From positions 1,920,001-1,984,000 of the forward strand of contig OZ250186.1 in assembly GCA_965238275.1 (NCBI GenBank): a stretch of 64,000 nucleotides of DNA, read 5' to 3'. Position numbers and translations under genes: made by a program. The DNA is from Nitrosopumilus sp. (GTDB lineage: Archaea > Thermoproteota > Nitrososphaeria > Nitrososphaerales > Nitrosopumilaceae). The notes under the pieces are model-generated. The model ran no database searches, was not told the DNA's origin, and worked only from the letters and a program-made list of their open reading frames with translations. Shown piece by piece: positions 18,304 to 28,784 of the stretch (position 1 is the stretch's first letter; each line of letters opens with the position of its first letter).

Positions 18304-18448
18304 TTGCCCGCGTGACACGCTGGTGCTGTATACTCTTGACGGAAGGGCGGATTCTGACGGCAGCAAGTACGGAAAGGTGTGGTGTTACGGCTATCCCCCG
18401 ACTCCGCCAGAGAACAGCGTGAACAGCATCCTCAAATGATTGCCCGCG
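18169..18448. repeat. 136-bp perfect tandem duplication bounded by TGCCCGCG microhomology
   Basis: TGCCCGCG at 18169, 18305, 18441 with identical intervening units. Confidence 0.95.
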
Positions 18449-18488
18449 CGGCATGCCTGCTCTTTACGCGCAACAAGGCGGCACTGTG

Positions 18489-18678
18489 ATGTCAAAAGAC
18501 GACAAAAAGAGGCATGATAAAGACAGGCTGACCGAACTGCAAACTGCCAGCCGGCCTGCAAGACAAGATTGACGAGTACAGTAGAGATTCGGCAAAAAAA
18601 AAGAACCCAACCACGCCAAGATGATGGCACAAATGCAGGGACGAGATCAACGAATTACACAAAAAACCGGGATGCTAA
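18489..18678 (+). pseudogene. frameshifted homolog of small protein 54262..54441
   Basis: MSKDD... and ...CRDEINELHKKPGC* vs MSKDG...YRDRIAELRKKLGI*; stop overlaps convergent partner. Confidence 0.5.
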
Positions 18679-18896
18679 TCTTCGCACATCTTGACCCCGT
18701 GTTCGTACTCGATGGCGTACAAGCCGTATGACAGGCAGTCCAGCATGACGGCTATCCTTTTCCTATGTTCGGCAGTGTCAGGATCGGGATCCTTTTGCCC
18801 GGACAGGCGCATGTATTCGGCACCGCGCAGCAGTTCTTTGCAGTAATTCATGACATGGTGGAGGTGAGGTTTGATAAATGGATTCTGCGTGATCAA
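18675..18896 (-). CDS. small hypothetical protein, YGLY family copy 2
   Basis: LDCLSYGLYAIEYEHGVKMCED. Confidence 0.65.
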   Translation of the reverse strand: MITQNPFIKPHLHHVMNYCKELLRGAEYMRLSGQKDPDPDTAEHRKRIAVMLDCLSYGLYAIEYEHGVKMCED

Positions 18897-19330
18897 ACCG
18901 GAACGTTCGTTATTCTGGCCTGAACATCTCCTATCTTCCTTATGGTGGTTGGCGGTTCTGCTTCAAATGCGGAAAAAAGTGCTGTTTTGGTTGCGGGAAA
19001 ATCCATTGCACAAAAATTAATTTCGCCTAATTTTCGTATGATCCATAATGTGATACGCTGTTACCCAACATATCAGGTGCGTTTTAAATATGCTGATGAG
19101 GTCGGCTAGCGCCCCCTATCCCAGATTGTCCACCCCGAACAGGCGTTCAGTCCGGATGTTGGGTTGGTCGTGTTTTGGCAATTCCCTGTTTTGGGAGACT
19201 TGTAGCGGCAGGCCCACCTGTTCACTCGAATCTTTGAAAGAAATGGCGCCCGAATACAAAATGTGGTTACTGCACTCGACAGCATCGTGGTGTATAGCGT
19301 TAATATACTCCAATCATTTCAACCAACGGG

Positions 19331-19714
19331 TTGACCGTATCGTCCGTATCTAGAATGCAACTGACCCTGGAGGTCCTGGGAAAGGCAAAGGCCACATGCA
19401 GCCTCAAGAGGCACCTGTCTCCAAGAACCGTCGGCATCATAACAAGATCCCTCCCGATGGAAGGCTACGTCCACATGCTGGGCAAAAACATTCTGTATGT
19501 GGAGACCAGCATCGATTCCGGAATCGAGAGGGCAAGATCCGAGTTCAAGAAGGGAGATATTGCATTTCTGCCGTCCACCGGAAGCATGTGCTTCTTCATC
19601 AACGATGTTGTCTCTGCCAAGACCATGACGCCGCTTGGAAGGATTGAGGATGTCGATGCGCTCTCAGGCGTCAGATCCGGCGATACCCTGCACATCTATG
19701 ATGATGCTGCCTGA
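19331..19714 (+). CDS. cyclophilin-like fold protein
   Basis: RHLSPRTV...LP, GDIAFLPSTGSMCFF, conserved thaumarchaeal type. Confidence 0.8.
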   Translation: MTVSSVSRMQLTLEVLGKAKATCSLKRHLSPRTVGIITRSLPMEGYVHMLGKNILYVETSIDSGIERARSEFKKGDIAFLPSTGSMCFFINDVVSAKTMTPLGRIEDVDALSGVRSGDTLHIYDDAA

Positions 19715-20001
19715 TACAGGCGGTGTCCTGAATATCCGCCCACCGTCTTCACGGTTCCCTTGTCTGCCTGCTCCCTTAGGAAGGCGTTTGCAGTGGATAT
19801 CTTGATCCCTGTCTGCCTGGCAAGTTCCTGAACCGTGACCACCTTGGCATTTTGGATTATCCTCATGGCCTGCCGTTCGTTGATCCTGACTGTGATCTCG
19901 GCCTTTTTTGGTCCGCCTTCCTTGTCCTTCTTTCCCTTCTTTGTATCCCTGGACGATGATCTGTCCTTGGATGCTGGAGTGGGTTTTTTTGCTCCGCCCA
20001 T
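19696..20001 (-). CDS. rps25e: 30S ribosomal protein S25e
   Basis: MGGAKK, Lys-rich N-terminus, VVTVQELARQTGIKISTAN winged helix, HRLY. Confidence 0.85.
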   Translation of the reverse strand: MGGAKKPTPASKDRSSSRDTKKGKKDKEGGPKKAEITVRINERQAMRIIQNAKVVTVQELARQTGIKISTANAFLREQADKGTVKTVGGYSGHRLYQAASS

Positions 20002-20422
20002 GCCGATTCGGGCGGATATTCCTCTTATAAACGATGAATCCAGATGAAAATAAGAACCTAGTAATTATTCAAACCTCTCGTATGCATGCGCATCCATTTG
20101 GAGTCAGGCCAGACCGGCCGTCTGGCTTGGATCATGCGGCGTCTTGTATTCCGGATGGGATTGCCGGCCTGTTTGGTATTGCCTGCATGGCATGTGGCAG
20201 GCAACCCCTCCCCTGCCAAAAGGATTGCCGGCGTATTGCTTTTGGGCCCGCAGCATGAAATGCCCAAAATGGGTTTTTTTTGGCGGTACGGCCAATCTTG
20301 GATGGGAACGGCGCAAAAACAGTTCCGAAAAGTACCTGCAAAACCATCCTGCCCAAATCCTGACGGCGCAGACGCATCCCATTTTGCAAAACATACAAAA
20401 ACAAGACACTTGTTTCATTAAT

Positions 20423-22027
20423 GTGCAGACGAGGTTTATTTTTGTCACCGGGGGAGTGATGTCCGGTCTTGGAAAAGGCATAACCACATCGTCCATTGCA
20501 AAACTGCTGCAGCTGGCAGACCAGAAGGTCTCATGCGTCAAGATAGACCCGTACCTGAACTATGACGCAGGCACCATGAACCCTGTGGCCCACGGCGAGG
20601 TCTTTGTTACCGAGGACGGAGGCGAGTGCGACATGGATGTTGGAAACTATGAACGGTTCCTGAACCAGAACATCCCAAAAAGCCACAACATCACAACGGC
20701 CCAGGTGTACTCTGCGGTAATCGAGGCCGAACGGAGGGGCGAGTACCTTGGGGCATGCGTCCAGATAATACCCCATGTGACTGACAGAATCAAGGACAGG
20801 ATCAGGGATATAGCCCGGGATGAGAATCTGGACTTTCTGATTGTAGAGTGCGGCGGAACCGTGGGTGACATAGAGTCGCTGCCTTTTCTAGAGGCCCTCA
20901 GGCAGATGCGAGTCGAGGAGGGCTCCCGCGGGGTAGTCTTTGTACACGTCACACTGGCACCCGAGCTTGACGTGGTGGGGGAGCAGAAGACAAAACCCAC
21001 GCAGCACAGTGTCCAGGAACTGAGAAGGATAGGCATCCAGCCTGACCTCCTGGCGGTAAGATGCACCTCGCCGTTGCAGGAGGGCACGAAGAAAAAGATC
21101 GCGATGTTTACAAACGTGACTGCAGCAGACGTGCTGTCATGCCATGACGTGGACTCGGTCCTCAAGGTGCCCCAGATTCTGTACGACCAGGGAATCATGG
21201 ACTCGCTGTTTACAAAGTTTGGAAGGGTGGGAATGGTGAATGCCTCTGCCAACTGGGACAGATGGAACAGGATAGTGCGTGAGATGGCAGGTCACAGGGA
21301 TCACAAGGTAAGGATAGCAATGGTTGGAAAGTATGTCACACTCTCTGACAGCTACGTAAGCGTAAACCACGCCCTCAGGCACGCAGCCGCACAGATAGAA
21401 AGATCCGCAGACATCCACTGGCTGGACTCTGAATCCGTTACAGACGACTCGCTTTCCGGGTATGACGGCATTCTGGTTCCGGGAGGGTTTGGCCACCGGG
21501 GCTCGAAGGGGATCATCGGCGCTGCAGACTATGCGCGCAGGAACAACGTACCCTACCTTGGAATCTGCTTTGGATTTCAGATGGCCGCAGTGGCGTTTGG
21601 AAGATCCGTCATGAACATGCCTGGCGCGGCCTCCACTGAGATGGATGCCGATGCCGGCGATCCCGTGGTGGACCTGCTTCCGGAGCAGAAGGACGTCACT
21701 GACATGGGAGGATCACTCAGGCTGGGCGCAAACACCATATCGATAAGGGATGGCACCATTGCGCGGGGAATCTACAATGCCGAGGCCATCTGCAGGAGGC
21801 ACCGGCACAGGTACGAGATAAACCCGGGATACATCCCAGAGTTTGCAAAGAACGGCCTGCTGTTCTCTGCTGAAAGCGACGGCGGGAGGAGGATGGAGAT
21901 ACTTGAGATACCAGGCCACAAATTCTATCTGGGGGTCCAGTTCCATCCGGAGTTCAGCAGCAGGCCGGGATTCCCTGAGGAGTCCTTTGCGGCATTTGTC
22001 AGGGCAGCAGCAGCATCCGGGGGCTGA
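20423..22027 (+). CDS. pyrG: CTP synthase
   Basis: FVTGGVMSGLGKG, KIDPYLN, KTKPTQHSV, GICFG, HRHRYE, QFHPEF; start set at GTG 20423. Confidence 0.98.
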   Translation: MQTRFIFVTGGVMSGLGKGITTSSIAKLLQLADQKVSCVKIDPYLNYDAGTMNPVAHGEVFVTEDGGECDMDVGNYERFLNQNIPKSHNITTAQVYSAVIEAERRGEYLGACVQIIPHVTDRIKDRIRDIARDENLDFLIVECGGTVGDIESLPFLEALRQMRVEEGSRGVVFVHVTLAPELDVVGEQKTKPTQHSVQELRRIGIQPDLLAVRCTSPLQEGTKKKIAMFTNVTAADVLSCHDVDSVLKVPQILYDQGIMDSLFTKFGRVGMVNASANWDRWNRIVREMAGHRDHKVRIAMVGKYVTLSDSYVSVNHALRHAAAQIERSADIHWLDSESVTDDSLSGYDGILVPGGFGHRGSKGIIGAADYARRNNVPYLGICFGFQMAAVAFGRSVMNMPGAASTEMDADAGDPVVDLLPEQKDVTDMGGSLRLGANTISIRDGTIARGIYNAEAICRRHRHRYEINPGYIPEFAKNGLLFSAESDGGRRMEILEIPGHKFYLGVQFHPEFSSRPGFPEESFAAFVRAAAASGG

Positions 22028-22049
22028 TGAGGCGGCTACCCTGCCTGCC

Positions 22050-23051
22050 CTATCCTATCTTCGATATGACGTAGATCCTCTGTCTTGCATCCCTGGTGGA
22101 TACCTTCTTTTTGACGTATCCCTTCTTGAGCAGATGGCTCAGGGCCAGCCTGATGGTTCTCTCCGGGAGCAGCGTCTTGCTTGCCAGGTTCTTCTGCGTC
22201 AGGGCGCCTTCGTACTCTAGCGTCTTTAGGAGCAGCTTGGAGCTTGGCGGCATGCTGAGCAGATCCTCGGCAAGATGGACCTTCTTTGCCAGGGCAGATA
22301 TTGCAGTGGAGTCTTTTTTGAGCCTGACTATGCTGGCAGGCGGAAAGAACTGGGTGCACTCCACAGTCTTGCCCACCTTGTAGCGGTCCCTGCCGTCAAG
22401 GACAACCTCGCAGTGGTACCTTGCAGAGATGTCGTCTATCTCAATCGAGCTGCTGTTTGATACTATTATCGGCCTCCTAGTCACGTCAATGGAGTTGACA
22501 GAGATTATCCCAAATACTGCAGAGTCCTGAAACAGCACGGGACCGCCTGCAGACATGGAGTATGCAGAAGAGCCTATGGGGGTGGAGACTATCACCCCGT
22601 CGCTGTTGTCGTGCCACACCTCCTCCCCGTTGACGCGCAGCGTATGCTCCATGAGTATGGCGCTCTTTGCAGAGAACACTGCAACGTCGTTGAGCACGGG
22701 ATATACGCTCCTGCCGTCTATCTTTACTCCGAGACGGGGAACCTTGTCGACTACGTACGTTTGCGTCTTTAGGATGCCTGCGTAGGATGCAAACTCCCGC
22801 AGATCAACCTGTGCAAGGATTCCGTCTGCCTCGCCTTCGTTGATTCCCAGTACGGGCAGGGTCACATCAAATGTTTGATGAAAGTAGCTTCTGACTCCCC
22901 TGTCTCCGCCCAGGACTATTATGCAGTCTGCGTTCTGTATCTTGGATTTTGTAATTACAAACGACTTGATTCCAAGATCATCTAAAATCTGCTTGATGGT
23001 CCTTGCCGCCTGTTCGGTGTTGCCAGATCCGTAGATTCCTATCTGCACCAA
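22050..23051 (-). CDS. nadK: NAD(+) kinase with C-terminal winged-HTH
   Basis: GGDRG, LND, DGVIVSTPIGSSAYSMSAGGP; MarR-like tail DARQRIY. Confidence 0.9.
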   Translation of the reverse strand: MVQIGIYGSGNTEQAARTIKQILDDLGIKSFVITKSKIQNADCIIVLGGDRGVRSYFHQTFDVTLPVLGINEGEADGILAQVDLREFASYAGILKTQTYVVDKVPRLGVKIDGRSVYPVLNDVAVFSAKSAILMEHTLRVNGEEVWHDNSDGVIVSTPIGSSAYSMSAGGPVLFQDSAVFGIISVNSIDVTRRPIIVSNSSSIEIDDISARYHCEVVLDGRDRYKVGKTVECTQFFPPASIVRLKKDSTAISALAKKVHLAEDLLSMPPSSKLLLKTLEYEGALTQKNLASKTLLPERTIRLALSHLLKKGYVKKKVSTRDARQRIYVISKIG

Positions 23052-23456
23052 GAGAATGGGCCGTCAGGGTAATAAATCCATTCGTGGTGGTTTTTGCGGC
23101 CCTTTTATACAAACTGGGGCATTGGGGCATGACATCGCACTACGGGGTGCTGCGCCCGGTAACGCCAGGCGATCGAGAGTGGGTTGTGGTTAGTCCGGCA
23201 TCTGGAATCGGAGGGGCTGACCGAACGTGACATGGAAGGCTCTCGGTGTGCATAAGGGAGACGGAGTGCCGGGTGGAGAGACGGTAGCACTAGGCCAGAG
23301 TGAGCGGACGGCAGGCATGTGATAGCATTCAGTGTTTGCCCAAGAATGAAAATGTGCACATCATTACAAAACCGTGCCAAGATGAACGGAACATGATTTT
23401 ATGCAGCCACGCATGCGCAACGACATATTAGCACATGCAGCATCCACCAAAAGAGA

Positions 23457-24797
23457 TTGACAATTTTCACAGTAACGTGGCAGGACGTACAAGACTACCT
23501 AAGATGTCCCAAGATTGTGGCAGTCAAGACACGCAACAGTCTGCGCACCCGGACACCCATACGGGCTGCCACGCCCAAACGATCTGGTATCAGTACCCAT
23601 GAAATCGGTGTTGCCGGTGAAATAACCACAAAGCACATGCTCACGGGGGTTGAATCCGGATACGCATCGCCAGAACTGGGAGGCGGGCATCTTGGCAGTT
23701 CTGACTCCAGAGACGACCGCGCGGAGAGAATATCCCGCATGAAGATAGATCTGGAAAAGCACGGCGTGGCGCTGAACGGTGCCATTAGGGACATACTGAA
23801 AGACACCATAGAAGGCATGGACGAGATCAAGAGACAGATTGGTGACCAGTATGGGGATGTCAGCATCATAGGACGCGGCGAATCCCGCAATGGGTGGTTG
23901 CTGAGCACATCCAAGCCAGACTTTATCGCACTTGCAGGAGATCAGAAAAAGCTTGTTCTGGTAGAGGTCAAGAATACCGAGGCGGTAAACTCCACCGCGC
24001 ACAGGTTCCAAGCCCAGTTTTACAACACGGTGGGTGCAAAATTCGGCATAACCGTAATGGAGACGTACGGTCAGCCCAACTTGATGAAGATAGCGCCCAT
24101 GACCACGCACCACAAAACGTCAGAAACCATACTGGTCTATCCGAGACACGGCAAGTTCGAAGTGATCAAGGACAAGGTAAGTGTAGACAAGAAGATAGTG
24201 CAGGGAATCTGGATGGCAAAACAGCTTGGAATGAAGGGCAAGGCTCCAAAGACGGATTGCGACAGCAGCTGTCCGCACCACCGCTATTGCCGGCTTCCAG
24301 AGGGAAATATCGAGGTTGCAGTTCCGTTGCCTTTGGCATATTCAAAGGGCAAGGTGGAACACGGTGTTGACCTTGACTCCGTATACTGGAAACGGTTTCT
24401 CTCCAACAGCGGCATTACTGGTATCCGGTCCAGATTCAGGCTGGACTCGTGGTATGAAAAAATCGAAATTGGCAAGATCACCGATCCCGCAGAGCGCAAG
24501 TCCAGACTCGGGAGCCTAGAAAAATCAAAACGTGATTTTGAAGACGCCATTGTAGAGAGGACCGGGATCGAGAAAAAGTGGTTCGACGGCAAGGCGTACT
24601 TGAAAAGCGGTGGCACCGAGACAGACAAAGATGTCGAAAGGGACATGCCAAACGAGTTAGAGGCGTGGAAAAAAATCCTGGGTGCAAGGAGGCTCAAGAG
24701 TAGCAAGGTTAACGCAAAAAAGCAGGCAACGCGCATATACACGCTCCCGCAAGACAGCACAAGTTTTGTAAAAAAATCTTGGGGGAAGTGGATTTGA
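23457..24797 (+). CDS. solo Cas4-like PD-(D/E)XK nuclease with Fe-S cysteines and C-terminal extension
   Basis: YLRCP, KPD...VEVK, QAQFY, CDSSCPHHRYC. Confidence 0.7.
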   Translation: MTIFTVTWQDVQDYLRCPKIVAVKTRNSLRTRTPIRAATPKRSGISTHEIGVAGEITTKHMLTGVESGYASPELGGGHLGSSDSRDDRAERISRMKIDLEKHGVALNGAIRDILKDTIEGMDEIKRQIGDQYGDVSIIGRGESRNGWLLSTSKPDFIALAGDQKKLVLVEVKNTEAVNSTAHRFQAQFYNTVGAKFGITVMETYGQPNLMKIAPMTTHHKTSETILVYPRHGKFEVIKDKVSVDKKIVQGIWMAKQLGMKGKAPKTDCDSSCPHHRYCRLPEGNIEVAVPLPLAYSKGKVEHGVDLDSVYWKRFLSNSGITGIRSRFRLDSWYEKIEIGKITDPAERKSRLGSLEKSKRDFEDAIVERTGIEKKWFDGKAYLKSGGTETDKDVERDMPNELEAWKKILGARRLKSSKVNAKKQATRIYTLPQDSTSFVKKSWGKWI

Positions 24798-25411
24798 TCT
24801 TGCTTCTGCTCCACTCCACATGCGCCCGCATCGGATATTCCTTTTATCCAAACATACATCTCATCTCACGCCGTCCGTGCTGATGCTGGTAAAGATCTGA
24901 ATTGCAGGCATTCACTGTTCTGCGGCCGCGGCGAGTTTGACAGTACGGTCAAGGACGGCAGAACTGGGAATAGAAGAACTGCTTCCAGCAATGCCGGCGC
25001 CAGTCAGCCGAACCTGCCAGCATCACGGCGCTGACTGCAGGTGTCAAATGATCGGATCCCCTTTTATCTGATTCAAATCTGCCTTGCATGCCAGAGACGA
25101 ACCTATTCCAAAAGAGAGGCGGCACGATTGTACTGCAGAGAAACGTGCACCACAAACTGTCCGTGGCCGAGGGAATGCATGTCTTTTCGATGCTTGCCTC
25201 AGTTGCCCACAAATGTCACAAGCAGGAGATATTGCCACGCACCGCTGGAATCACTCATCAGGGATCCAGACGGGACAATATTCAAACCGCCCCCGTGTGA
25301 AGAAGAAATACCCGCAATAGCAATCACGGCTTAAATTATTGAGGAACCTGAGGATATACAATTTATATACATTACAAGTTTATATACATACAAATATATA
25401 CACATACAAGT

Positions 25412-25699
25412 TTGTATAATACTGTGAATACGGGGCAGGGAACAAGACGTCATAGCCCCAATCTGGACACCGTCCTCATGGTCGAAAGGCTGGTCGCCAA
25501 AGAGCACGAGTTTGCCTCAAGACACCAGCTCTGGCGGGCGCTACCAAAGCAGGTCCAGTACCAGACGTTTAAGGGAATTCTGGAGTATCTGGAAGACTCT
25601 AACAAGATCATGGTAGACAAGAAAGGCAGCGTGACGTGGATTTTCACGGACAACCCAAAGCTGGAAAATCTGCACAGGGTTTCCAAAAGGCTGCGTTAG
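25412..25699 (+). CDS. small winged-helix protein (putative antitoxin)
   Basis: PNLDTVLMVE...LWRALPK...YQTF..IL.YLE.SNKI pattern typical of archaeal TA-associated proteins. Confidence 0.65.
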   Translation: MYNTVNTGQGTRRHSPNLDTVLMVERLVAKEHEFASRHQLWRALPKQVQYQTFKGILEYLEDSNKIMVDKKGSVTWIFTDNPKLENLHRVSKRLR

Positions 25700-25709
25700 C
25701 AGCGTCACT

Positions 25710-26027
25710 TCAGTACCCAAACCTGTTTTCGTATTCCCCGTGATCCAGAACTTCCAGTATTGTGACTACTTTGGAATCGCTAGTTCCTGAAACCGTATAC
25801 GTCATCCTATGCCCTTTGCCTAGCCTTATCCTGAAGAGGGTGTGGATCCCGTATCTTCTCACATACAGTTTAGGCCAAAGGCTGCGTTTGATCCTGTCCC
25901 CAAGCTCAGGGTTCCTTTTCAGCAAGTCCAGAACATGGTCAATCTCCCTGTATTGATCCGATGAGTCGTCAAGCGACGAAAAAAACTTGAGAAATATCGG
26001 TCCACCCTCAACCATAATTTCAGTCAC
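25710..26027 (-). CDS. RelE/ParE-like toxin
   Basis: LKRNPELGD...LFRIRL..GHRMTYT...ILEVLDH..YE.RFGY. Confidence 0.7.
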   Translation of the reverse strand: MTEIMVEGGPIFLKFFSSLDDSSDQYREIDHVLDLLKRNPELGDRIKRSLWPKLYVRRYGIHTLFRIRLGKGHRMTYTVSGTSDSKVVTILEVLDHGEYENRFGY

Positions 26028-26163
26028 AGGTTTTCCAGATCTTTCAAGTCCAGTTAAGCATTTAGACTCTGTTCAAATAAGGTGATCTGACACATACTGG
26101 CTGGATGTTGGTTGGGATCCACAATTTTGAAGAGCCGGAATTTTGGAACGGAGCCTTGAGGAT

Positions 26164-28085
26164 CTAAAACGAATTTTTGGTGTGGTACCTATAGATAGTT
26201 GGCTTGCCCGCGGTGCTGTGGCCCGTATAGATACCTTGTTTACTACTCATGCTTGCCCCCACTCGATCTATTTTTCCCTGATCGAAATACTGATTCAGGG
26301 CCACTTGGATTTCCTTTTCTTCAAATTTGTTCAAGCGTCTGATGTTCGCAGCAATATCAGACGATGATTCGACACTCATGATCGTTGATTGTAATTCATA
26401 CAGTTCCTCTCGGGTATGACGAGTGTCTTGAAAATATCTGTCATCATAATCAAAGAAATGTGTGGTTGCCATGGTGGACAAAAAAAGAGCCAGATTGTAT
26501 TTAGGTTTTACGTCATTGCAACTTTGTTTCCTAATTATCGCCAGTCACACCCAACAGGTTCAGAATTAGGCCAGATCAGTTGAATTTGAACATCATATCA
26601 AACATCTTCAATAGAAAACCGTATTGATCAGAGAGGTGTGCAGGCAGTCAGGTAACAGCCATGACTGAAAACACATCCTCTCCAGACAAAACGGGCACGC
26701 ATGAGGCTAAAAAATCTTTCAAATCCAAAGAACGCCGGTTCCAGTACGATGACCGCAGGTACATAGACCGCGGCCAGTTGTGGACGCTCCAGATAAGCCC
26801 GGAGATCCTGACTCAGGGAGTCGAGAAGCTAAACTGCGGGAAGGTAGGCCGCCCGTACGTATTTTCAAACGCGTGCTTTGCAGCAGCATCCCTGTTCAAA
26901 AACGCCACCGGCATAAGGTACAGGCAGCTCCAGGGTCTGGCAGAGACGATAGTCGGCAAGGAAAACGCGCCCACGTACTCGGCGTTCCAGAAGAGGATGA
27001 CCAAGCTTGGCTGCACTGTTGCAGACAATGATGATGGTAGCGGCACGGCTTCTGCGTGGTTCTCAGACGGCGGCACCCGGGCCGAGATCAAGCTGTTTGC
27101 CTTCGACTCCACTGGACTCAAGCCCACAAACCGCGGCGACTGGATGACAGAAAAGTGGGGGACCAGGCGGGGCTTCATAAAGCTGCATGTCGGGGTGGAT
27201 GCCAAAACCAAAAAGATCTACGCCGTGGCCATAACCGACGACAAGTGCGGGGACTCTCCGCAGTTTGAGGAACTGGTGGGGCAGGCCCTTGCAAATGCAA
27301 AAAAATCACCAAACTCAGACACTTCTGCAGGCACCAAGGCGGCAGCCGACGGCGCGTACGACACCCAGAAGATCCGCAGGTACTGCGACGAGCAGGGAAT
27401 CGAGCCGCTGATTCCCGTCCGCATCGACTTTGCCGGAAAGGCGAACGGGTGCATGCCCCGCAAGGAGGCAGGATTCAGGCAGCTGGGGGACCTGGACTGC
27501 ATGGACAAGACGGCAGAACGCAAGTTTGCAGGCCTCACGCGCGAACAAAAGAGGGAATTCCAGAAGGCGTGGCGCAGGGAGTCAGGGTACAACGACCGGT
27601 GGTCAGTCGAGATTGTATTTTCCACGTTCAAGCGGGTGTTGGGCGAGTGCATAAGCGCGCGCAAGTGGGAGAACGTCAAGGCCGAGATATACGGAAAGGT
27701 GCAGCTGTACAACCAGATGATCGATACTGCAATCGACAACGGGTACGGCACGCCAAGGATCGTGCAAGCCTACAAGCCCGGCCCAAGGACTGCAAGGGAA
27801 GGGGGCAAGACGACGACGTAGGCAGAATTGCACAGACGAGTATCTGTGTCGAGCGTAATTAGGAAACAGAGTTGTCATTGCAAAAACATTGACTGTGGAT
27901 TGTATGACATCACCTACTGCCGTTTGTGAAAATCTGGATTCATTGAACTCAGCGGGAGATAGCAAACCTATTGCTGTCACGAATTCATCATGGTCATTGT
28001 AGAGTTTTAGCAAGCCACCTTGCGCATTAACAATTTTCATTTCAATGTTAATGTCAGCCCATGTGCCAGAATTTACAAAAGCCAA
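26164..28085 (-). pseudogene. low-GC hypothetical gene interrupted by IS5 copy B (28085..27874 + 26511..26164)
   Basis: Open frames on both sides of the IS; joining needs one extra base in the T-run at the insertion site. Confidence 0.45.
26520..27873 (+). mobile_element. IS5-family (IS903-like) insertion sequence, copy B
   Basis: Same TIRs as copy A; 8-bp TSD GTCATTGC at 26512-26519 and 27874-27881; transposase 26661..27821 identical in protein. Confidence 0.95.
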
Positions 28086-28113
28086 CGTAAACGGTTCATA
28101 ATACTCTGGAACG

Positions 28114-28315
28114 AGCTCTGGTAAGTTCTAGTGATCTGATCACCAAAATCTACCACCAAGGTGCAGATGTGACCAAGCTCGTTTTTGAACAGACCCGTGG
28201 AAAACACCACACTTTTGAACACCGTAACGAAAGGCGGCGGGATTGAATCTGGAGAAGATCCTAAAACACACTTTTGAACAGCGAATGGCAGAGATCATTA
28301 GAATTTAACAGAGCC
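28114..28315 (+). repeat. ~200-bp MITE-like unit (GGCTCTG...CAGAGCC family), unpaired copy
   Basis: Ends AGCTCTGGTAAG / AATTTAACAGAGCC, three TTTTGAACA motifs, homologous to 31744 and 32870 units. Confidence 0.9.
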
Positions 28316-28784
28316 TTGATTTGGGGCTCTGTTAAATTTTGGTGATCTCGAATGTTTACTGTTCAAAAGTGCGTTTTTGGTTCTTCTCCAGATTTGATTT
28401 CACTATATTTCATCATGGTGTTCAGGTGTGGTGCATTCCAAAAGTCTGTTCAAAAGTGAGATGAACGGCATCTGAACCTTGGTGTTAAATTTTGGTGATC
28501 AGATCACTAAAAATTCCAGAGCCCCCAAGGAGGCTCTGTTAAATTCTAGTGATCTCTGCTGTTCACTGTTGAAAAGTGTGTTTTTGGATCTTCTCGACGA
28601 AGGCAAATTCGATTTTGTATCGACTAGCAACCTGCACCATTTAGAAATACATGCCGGCAAGTTCCTCACGCACATGCACAATCAGCTCAAGGAAGAACTG
28701 CACCAGGAACACAACAAAGACACGGACGGTTAACGTTCTATTCAGCCATAGCGATATTCGATTCTTTTTGTTTGATAGTATAAT

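Noticed and set aside
19090-19330. Possible structured ncRNA or att site at the island/core boundary
   Set aside because: No tRNA, SRP or RNase P signature recognised and no repeat partner found
22050-23051. NAD kinase-HTH fusion as novel
   Set aside because: To my knowledge a usual architecture in thaumarchaeal genomes
23457-24797. Casposon or CRISPR adaptation module
   Set aside because: No cas1, polB or array present
26065-26155. Degenerate GACTCTGTTC...GAGCC sequence as left end of an element E1 pairing with 28114-28315
   Set aside because: Only weak similarity and no matching 8-bp TSD (expected TTGATTTG)
28114-28594. Adjacent ~200-bp repeats as CRISPR array or integron attC sites
   Set aside because: Units are too long, in mixed orientation, and the 8-9 bp gaps are explained as TSDs
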